Below, in pieces: positions 55,933 through 64,000 of a DNA stretch of 64,000 nucleotides. Numbering within the stretch: the stretch's first letter is position 1; every line of letters begins with the position of its first letter. Below the pieces are notes generated by a model that had not been told where the DNA came from, made no database searches, and was given only the letters and a program-made list of their open reading frames with translations. The translations under genes were made by a program, and so were the position numbers. Source of the stretch: Paramecium tetraurelia (taxonomy: Eukaryota); the NCBI GenBank assembly GCA_000165425.1, contig CT868607.1, forward strand, positions 124,001 to 188,000, given 5' to 3'.

Positions 55933-57769
55933 TCAGCTCAGTTATTTTTTTATTTTGTAATATTATTAAATTATCAATTACATTTCTGCTTCATCAGGTA
56001 ATGAATATAATTTGATATCTTATCTTGAGACTGAAAAGCTCTATATAAATGTGTCATTATATAATTACTTTTTTTAATACAGACAAAACATTCATGGCTC
56101 TTCGAGAATCAATCCATCGATGTTTTATCTTTGCTGAGTATTCATCAAACAGCTTAGTTATAATGTGTCTAAAAATTATCTAAGAAAAATACTATTCAAT
56201 ATTAATTCTAGCCTTTTAATCGCTTCCTCTTCCTTGATAAAGAACTTAAAGTTTTTCTTTGAATGCTTTAATAAATTTATCCTTGAAATTCTTTCGAACC
56301 AATCGTAGTTTTCTATAATTTCTTTAAATGCATTTAACTAAAACCTATTCAATATGGATACTTTTAGAAATTAATGAAATATGTTTGTTAATGAAAGTTT
56401 AATAAAGAATGATATCCACCAAGAATTCACTTAAAATTCCTTCGGCTCTTGTAATACATTTTTCTTAGATGTATTATGTATAAGTAGATAACACAAGAGA
56501 TGATTTACTTAGTGATCTTATGAATGGATTATCACCATATTTCCTTACTTCAATCAAAGCTTTAGTGTGCAATTACCAAACTAATAACTTAGCTTTAGCA
56601 GCGATTTTATTCTTGTGTCTTATTTTCTAGAATTAAAAACAAATTTACTTCTAATCTTCTATGAATTTATCTACAGACATTGAATATTGTTGTTATCAAT
56701 ATCCAATTCTTTTTAACAAATATTTGTAATTGTAATTCTTTCTAATGAACCTTTTCTACTTCTCTGAACTACACTATTTAATCTTTGACTAATAATTTGA
56801 TTAATCTTGTTTATCTGACTTCTTTTTAAATCCATTTTGATTTTTGAATTGTTTCTTAAGATTTAGTATGTCTATCTAATATATTCTGAATTGTATTACG
56901 CTTTGCCTTTAGTATTTCATCTAATTTCGAATAGGTTTTGGTTTTAGCCATTTCAATATTTTATAGAATTTTATCTTTTGGATGAATGGTCCTTCTTTCA
57001 GGAAAAGTATCAATATTTAGCATTGATTAGACTTATTTTTATGCATTTGTGGGTGTGTATTACTCTCCAAAAGTGATTTACATACCTATGATGGCATCAA
57101 ATTCACTATAAAAGGTTATATACACATATTCATCAAAAAATAATTTCGAGTTCTGTTTAGAGTTAACCTTTACAAATCTACTTTAAACTGTTTGATCAGC
57201 ATTAAATTTGTTTGGGAATTCTATTGAAGTCGATACGAATAGCTTGTATTGAGTGCTAGTTATTTTGGAAGGGAAGTTCAATAAGATCTGCAAGGGAGCT
57301 AAAAGTTGATGACTAATTACGATTACATTATTTTCCTTTAATTTTAATCCTAAAGTAATAAAATCTAAATCTGACTATTTATATCCTATTAATATATTCT
57401 ATTTCCAGATCAGATTACTATAATCCATCGAAGGTTTTTAATAACTTCTTCTGTTGTTATATTATTTTGGGTTGCTCAATAAACTTTTATTTTGCTTCAA
57501 TCTTAGTATTAGTTTTGTCTATTTCTTGTATGGTATTGTAATTCTTCTCAAATTCATTGTATATTTCGAGAATGTCATTATCTAATTATAGAAATTGAGA
57601 TTCAGGATGAGAGGATGTATAAATTTTAGATCGAGTCATTTGTGATTGACTCATGGAAAGATGTCTCATAGAACCTTGCACTGTACTAAGAATATTTTCT
57701 TAATTACTGATAAGAAGGACTAGTTATTTTTGATAAACTTCTCTCTATTTGACTAAGCTAGGTAATCAT
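55933..57769 (-). CDS. Uncharacterised protein (beta-rich domain + coiled coil + IQ-like motif); paralog of the next gene
   Basis: DILEIYNEFEKNY, APLQILL, LFVSTSIEFPNKFN, YVYITFYS..ITFG, IIQRKLR. Confidence 0.7.
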
Positions 57770-57875
57770 AATAATTATTGTTATAAATTATTATTATTGA
57801 TTATTATTATCATTAATATTAGTTTAAATGAATAGAAAATACAGAAATTTTAATTCTAGAATTAAGATGTTGGAT

Positions 57876-59851
57876 TCAATATAATTTTTTAATTTTAGCA
57901 TATTGATCAATTAATTAAGTTAATTCGTATTCATTTGGCATGTCATATAATTTTGGTTCGGTAAAATTCAATGCCACATTTTAAATTTTCTAATTTAACT
58001 TGAATAAAAACTTACTTTTGCCCTATTCTTTTCTTTGAAAGTTCTATTAATGTAATTCATCCACCGAGCCCTAGCTTTTTCGCAGTAGTCATCAATCAGA
58101 CTCTACATTACAGGTCTAAATCAATTTAAATTATTTACACATCGATTTGAACTGTAGGCCTTTTCCCATCACTGAATAAATTTCGAACATCTTTTTATCT
58201 CCTTAATTAATAAACGACATCACTTATATTCTCTTTTATCTATTTCCAAAACTTATCTCTAAACATTCTTCGTTTTTACTTCAAACTTCGAAACTTTCTT
58301 TGAATTGTTTTCACTAAATCAATTATATTTTCTATACCTTTCTTTATTAGACTCTATTATTTATTTAATGTTGTTAGATAGAGCAGCATCTTCTTAATAA
58401 AACGAGTGATAACATCTTCAGCTAACAACTTTGTTTTCTTTTTTATCAAGAAAGCATAAGATTATAAGATCAATTTTGATTTGAATATTGTTCTCTCCTT
58501 AGGAGTTGATCCATATATTTAAACTTTCATTAATGCCATTGTTTTTAATTACCAAACTAATAATTTTCCTTTTGCTTGGGCCTTCTTATGTCGTTTGATA
58601 TCCTTTTATCATTTTTTAAATTACTTCTAATTTTGTTTTCACTTCTTTACAAAAATCAAACAAACTCACTATCTAGCACCAAGAATTTTAAAACAATTTT
58701 GTTTGTTCTCTCCTCTACTTCACTATTTTTTCTATTTCTCTGTATTAATTTATCGATTCTCTGGCTAAAACTTTGCATACTTTATCAACTTGTTTTTCTT
58801 CTTAAATAACTTTTTTATTTGTTAACACTAACTATTGTTTGAACTCTCTTTCTACCTTTCATTAATTCATTATTTACTTTATTTTATTCAAAGTTTTTCG
58901 TCTTTAGCAAATACTATTTCATATCCAAATTGTAAATAATTTTATCTCTCCTAATAACCCTTTGAGTTTGTGGACGAATATCCAAAAGGTCTTCTTCTAC
59001 TTACTTTTTTCGAGGTGCAATCTTCTGAATTGGGTTTCCAAAGATGATATCAATTGTAACTTCGAAGTCTATGTCTGAGTAAATTGTAATGTATAGAAAT
59101 TCCTTGGAAAAATAAGGTTGATTGTGATCAGCATACATTTTGGCATTTTTAGCTTAAATGATTTATTCAGAGTTGAATTTAGTTGGAAACTCAGCCTTTG
59201 ATGATATGAACATTCTAATATTAGAACTTTGAACTCTATCTGGACAATGTAAAAATATCTGAACAGGAGACATTCTGCCTTTTGTTTTTATTCTAAAATA
59301 ATAGAATTTAAATCTCTGTATTTTCACTCTGTTCAGTTTATTTAAATCATTTAATTTTAATTTTTCATCACTAATAGCTAAAAAGTCTTAAGAATCAATT
59401 GTAAATTAAGGCTAATTAACTTACTAAATTTATATATCAACAAATTTCTCCACTTTATTTAAAGTGGTATAATTCTTTTCATATTCATTGTACAACTCAA
59501 GGATATCATCAGATAAAAATTCCTCATTGTTAAATAATGTCATTTATTTTCGGCTTTTGATTTTTCCAAACTTATTCACTCTAATTTATTGCTAAGCACT
59601 CTCCATCTAAGTCATAAAAGTATGACAAGATGATGTAGCTGAATGACTTTATTTTTCCACAAAGAAAGGTTAGAGTTTATTTGAATCCTGTATTTTTTTT
59701 AATTCTTTGTTGAAGAATCCTCTATGATAAAATAAGTCTTTTACAAAGTTCTTGAGTTACTGGGGCTATGAAATGTAGATTGAGTATAAGGAGTATGAGT
59801 AGATTTACTTTCTAGTAATTTTGTTCTTACTATCCCAGGATTAGTTATCAT
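57876..59851 (-). CDS. Uncharacterised protein; tandem paralog of the previous gene
   Basis: DILELYNEYEKNY, SPVQIFL, MFISSKAEFPTKFN, FLYITIYS..IIFG, TIQRKFR. Confidence 0.7.
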
Positions 59852-60016
59852 ATTTTTAATAAATTTTAGTATAAATATAATTGGAAAAATGATTGTTATA
59901 ATCTGTTACTCTTCCATTTTAATTAAATAGGTAAGCATATAAATAATTATTTTAACTTAAAGATTGAAATTTCTATTTTATTTGAAAATGAATTCATACA
60001 TTATATAAAAATTAAT

Positions 60017-61667
60017 TCATTCTTTATGTTATAGTAATGCTCTCGTAATTTCAGTAAGTAAAGAGGGTTGTAGTTCTAGCTTTTCATATTTTGGAGATTC
60101 AGATATAATATTGATATTCTTGAGTAAATGATTCATACAAGCATTTTTTAATGAATGAGCAGAACACTTTTATGCAAAGATTAATAAATCACAAACAGTT
60201 TCATTACTTATATATTTCTTAATACTCTTCTGCATTAGATTCTTAAGTCCATCAATCAAGTATTGATCAGCCAAACCTAGGATAGAACTTAAACTTACTT
60301 AAGATTTCTCCCATTAATTCTATATCCAACTCAGCCACGTTGATAAATCCTGTATAAACAAAAAGGAGAAAAATATAGAAGGATTTATAAGAATAATTTT
60401 CTATGATTAATGTCTCCTAATCACTTTCTTTTGTATCTGAGAAAAAGAGAGCTTTGAATTACAGAGATTAAGCAGCCAAATAAACTAAAATTTAAATGGT
60501 ATATTTGATTACTTTTATGAGCATAGATCTTTTAATTACCAATTAAGAATGCAATGTCACTTAGTTCTTCATTATTGAATAGATTTTTATGTATATTTGA
60601 AATGACTCTTTAATAATTTTCTTCTTAAATTGTACGATTTTCTAATAATCCAACATCTAACACATAAAGATCATTCAGCCATTTGTTACCATCGAATCCA
60701 CCAAAGATGTAGATAAGATCATTTTCTACAATTTCAATAGATAATATATACCTGTGGCAGTTGCTGAATGTCTCTGTCTTGGCTATGGGATCTGAGATAA
60801 GGCTACCTCCTCCATTTATAAATGGGTTCCAGTTCCATGATGATTAGGAATGACCCACTGATAAGTTAAGAAATTAAAAATAAATAGATCATTTGACCTA
60901 CCTGAACCATCATAGCCACCAAATACGTAGATATTGTTTTAAATTAAATTAGCGGTATGTCCTCTCAATCCTTTAGGCAAAGTACCTTTGGTAAGCACTT
61001 GAGTCCATTCCAATTTATAAGTATTGAATACATGCAGATCCTACAAATGTTATGCTCCAGAATGGCCACCAAACAAATACAAATTTTCCTTATATCTACT
61101 ATAATTATTTAGTTACCTGGTCATTGTATGCGCATTTCGAGCAGTTGGTATTGTTCCACTCACAGTTGGTTACAACCATCTATTTTCTTAAATATCATAT
61201 ATTTCTATCTCATTAAAGCATTCTTGACCATCATAACCACCAAATAAGTAGAGTTTCTTAGAAACTATATTCAAAGAGTGACATGCTCTTGCAGTAGGTA
61301 TCTAACCTTGCGGATGCACTTTGTACCAACTAGCTTATCCATGTTATCCATTTGTCTCCAAATAATAAAGATCATCTAGCCAAGTATTCCCATTATGACC
61401 TCCATGAACATACAATTTTGTTTGATAAACTGCAGTTGTGTGATTGTTTCGATAAGATGGCAACTCTCCATTTGTTTATAATTCTGACCATTAATTTGAA
61501 TTCAGATCATATATATGAATGTCAGCAAGGGCGTTCATTCCATTCCAACCCCCAAATATAAATAGTTTTCCCATTATTAGATCACAGGAATGAGCTGCCC
61601 TGTCTCCTGGCTATTTACCTGATGGATCAATTTTCCTCCAGATCATTCTATTGTTATTTTACATCAT
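60017..61667 (-). CDS. Kelch-repeat + BTB/POZ protein (LZTR1-like architecture)
   Basis: About six repeats of the type R..H......LYIFGG..G; BTB motifs SDIAFL..IYAHK..LAAQS and LADQYLIDGL. Confidence 0.92.
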
Positions 61668-61678
61668 TATTATAATAA

Positions 61679-62577
61679 TCACAAATTTCTCTCTAAAAAT
61701 AAATATCTGAAGAAATCGAATCTCACTATGTCCTCCTTAGGATCAATTTCCTTTGCAAATTCACCCTAAAACAGATTTGCTGCAAATCCAAACTCTTTTA
61801 GTATTCCGCCTAATGTAGGTTCAACATTATATTTAAATATCTATAATATATCGATATAATTGATACTTTGACAAAATTACTAAAGTCCTTGATATTCATA
61901 TAACCTTTGCTCTGATCAAATAAGTTCCAATAACCGTATGAGCAAATCTCTCTAAATAAAAGATCCTAACCAAGAGATCTTTCATATGTAGCTAAAACTT
62001 TTGTTTAAACTAGAGTAGCTATTTCTTCAAATGTTAATAATCTATTCATGTTCATTGGATAGCCCATGTTGTAATGCACCATTTACAACACACACCAATT
62101 ATCGACTGGGATCATAAATTAATTTACTCTTGTGTAATCCTGATATTTATTATTAAAAATACATTGAAAACATTGAGCAATTCAGATGGTCTGAGTCCTT
62201 TTTCTCCTTTAGCAATGAAAACTTCATAGGATCTTCTCAATTCATTTAATTATTTCCCAGTAACTTAATGTTATTGTGGTAATTCTAGGGTTCGTTCTTT
62301 GATATAATCAGTCCAAGCTTAAAATTCTTGTGTTGCTAATTATTTTCTTGTTTCTATTTCTTTTGATTATCTATATTGTTATCTCGTTGGAGTGAGTCTT
62401 TTTATTAGATTCTCATAATTGTTGCAATGATATAATCCCTAGCCAAATGGTTGTCTTCCTTCAATTTCTCTCATTTGTAAATGAACTTACTTTACAAATT
62501 TTGGCAATTTATCTAAATAGATACTCTAAATTACATGGATTAACAAATTCAATCAAGCCCTTTGTTGCTACACTCAT
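61679..62577 (-). CDS. Hypothetical protein with weak EF-hand-like segments
   Basis: ORF from MSVATKGL to ..FRYLFLERNL*; LFDQSKGYMNIKDF is EF-like. Confidence 0.6.
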
Positions 62578-62621
62578 TTAATTTTTAATTAAAATTTTAT
62601 ACTTTTACATTCTGAATCGAC

Positions 62622-64000
62622 ATGGATGTGTTTTTAATAATAATAATATGCGTTCTGGGATTGCTATTGATGTACGTGAACATATATCTACTTGCTTTAT
62701 ATTGCCATCCTGAAGATGGTGGATTCGGATCAACATTATTTTGTAAAATAGTTGTTGTACTGGGATTAAGCCTTTCTTGGTGCTAAACATTGATGTTAAC
62801 TTTGGATGTTACTAATGAAAGAGAATAATAAGGCTTGGACATGCATTTATGCTGGATAATCATTTATATATCAGTATTTGTAATGCTGGTATTACTGATA
62901 CCTCTTGCCATTTTTTATTATGAATCAGACGATGAAAAACCAATTGTAATAATTAACATTATCTAAGTGTCAAAGAATAAGCTTAACAATAGTTTAAGAA
63001 TTTATGGTCCTTGTATTTGCTTTCTTAACTATTTTCTTAACCTATTTCTGGTTAAGAGATGCCTTAGTACCTGTTACTGTTTAAGTATAAGATGCGGCAC
63101 TCCAATTCGAATCAAGTGAGATCGATCTTAACATTGATACCTTTACAATAACCGAAGAAAAACAGGATCACATTGCTACAACTATCGATCCAATCACATT
63201 TACTATCGGATTGATGTGCTTCCTTGGTTATTTCTTCTTAATTTTATATGGAGGCATTGGCATGGTTGCTTTGCCTTTAGACCTTGTGTGCTCATATGGA
63301 ACAAGACCAGTTTTTGTATTTATTATATAATACTCTAGAAAAGTGCTTCTTAAGCGACAGAAAAAAAAAATAGATTAAAAAGATTAGTAGCCTAGATGAT
63401 TGGTTATGCCAAATAATTAAGAGACATGGAGAAAGATGTGAAATGTGCAACTGGATGGTGGTCAAGAAGGAAATAAAATACTAAAGTAGAAAAAAGATAT
63501 TAGAAATTGGTTTCTGCAGTTAGTGAACTAGAAGAAGAATTTGAAATATTTTTGCTAGAATTAGATATTGGTAATGCCAATCCATTAGTTTACATTTTTA
63601 AATTGTTATTAGGAATTGTCTTATTCATCATTACATTAGCTTGGCTATTACACCTATTATTGTATGTAATAATAACCGTTGATGGAATCCCATTTTCCCC
63701 TTGGTTAAATAAGCTGTTTATATAATTAGATATTTATAATGTGGCATTTCTTTCTGTGTTTTTCTTTGGATTGTTTACACTTTATTTATTATGGTGTGTC
63801 ACCAAAGGAAATTTAGTATTTTCAATGCCATGGATTTTCAAATTTCATCCAATGAAGTAATCAAAATTTGTATTATTAGAATAAATGAAACTTGGATGAA
63901 CTCATTTTTATTCAACATTGTTCTGATTTTGATCAGTTCAGTTGCATTGTGCCACTTTAGTACTTGTGTCTTCTCTTAATATACGAGATTAACAACTGTA
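62622..64000 (+). CDS. LMBR1-domain membrane protein; 3' end runs off the window
   Basis: YLLALYCHPED, LTLDVTN, IPLAIFYYESD, GGIGMVALPLDL, HPMK..ETWMNSFLFN; many TM helices. Confidence 0.88.

Noticed and set aside
60017..62577. Fusion of the hypothetical gene with the Kelch-BTB gene
   Set aside because: Careful translation shows an in-frame TGA at 61681-61679.

Overview
AT-rich, gene-dense eukaryotic DNA, almost certainly a ciliate macronuclear scaffold of Paramecium type. Conserved genes such as alpha-tubulin and RPS15A read through only if TAA/TAG encode Gln with TGA as the sole stop, and introns are tiny (about 20-33 nt, GT..AG). This is why the supplied ORF track is fragmentary. Manual translation with code 6 gives about 35 protein-coding genes. 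They include alpha-tubulin, RPS15A, RPL22, PARG, UAP1, a PKA regulatory subunit, a soluble-type adenylyl cyclase with a STAND NTPase and a PH domain, a P4-ATPase-like/guanylyl cyclase fusion, Rab6, a USP, a mitochondrial carrier, GLTP, OST3/6, Kelch-BTB and LMBR1. There is one 150-N assembly gap. I saw no tRNA, rRNA, CRISPR array, transposon or telomere repeat. The most notable items are an OTUD4/Otu-like Cys-to-Ser OTU domain fused to a cold-shock domain, the cyclase-STAND-PH and PH-CLU-TPR architectures, three cyclic-nucleotide genes within 17 kb, a tandem pair of uncharacterised paralogs and two genes with single lesions. All domain calls are by-eye motif recognition with no database search. 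CDS coordinates run start to stop including introns and may be slightly off.
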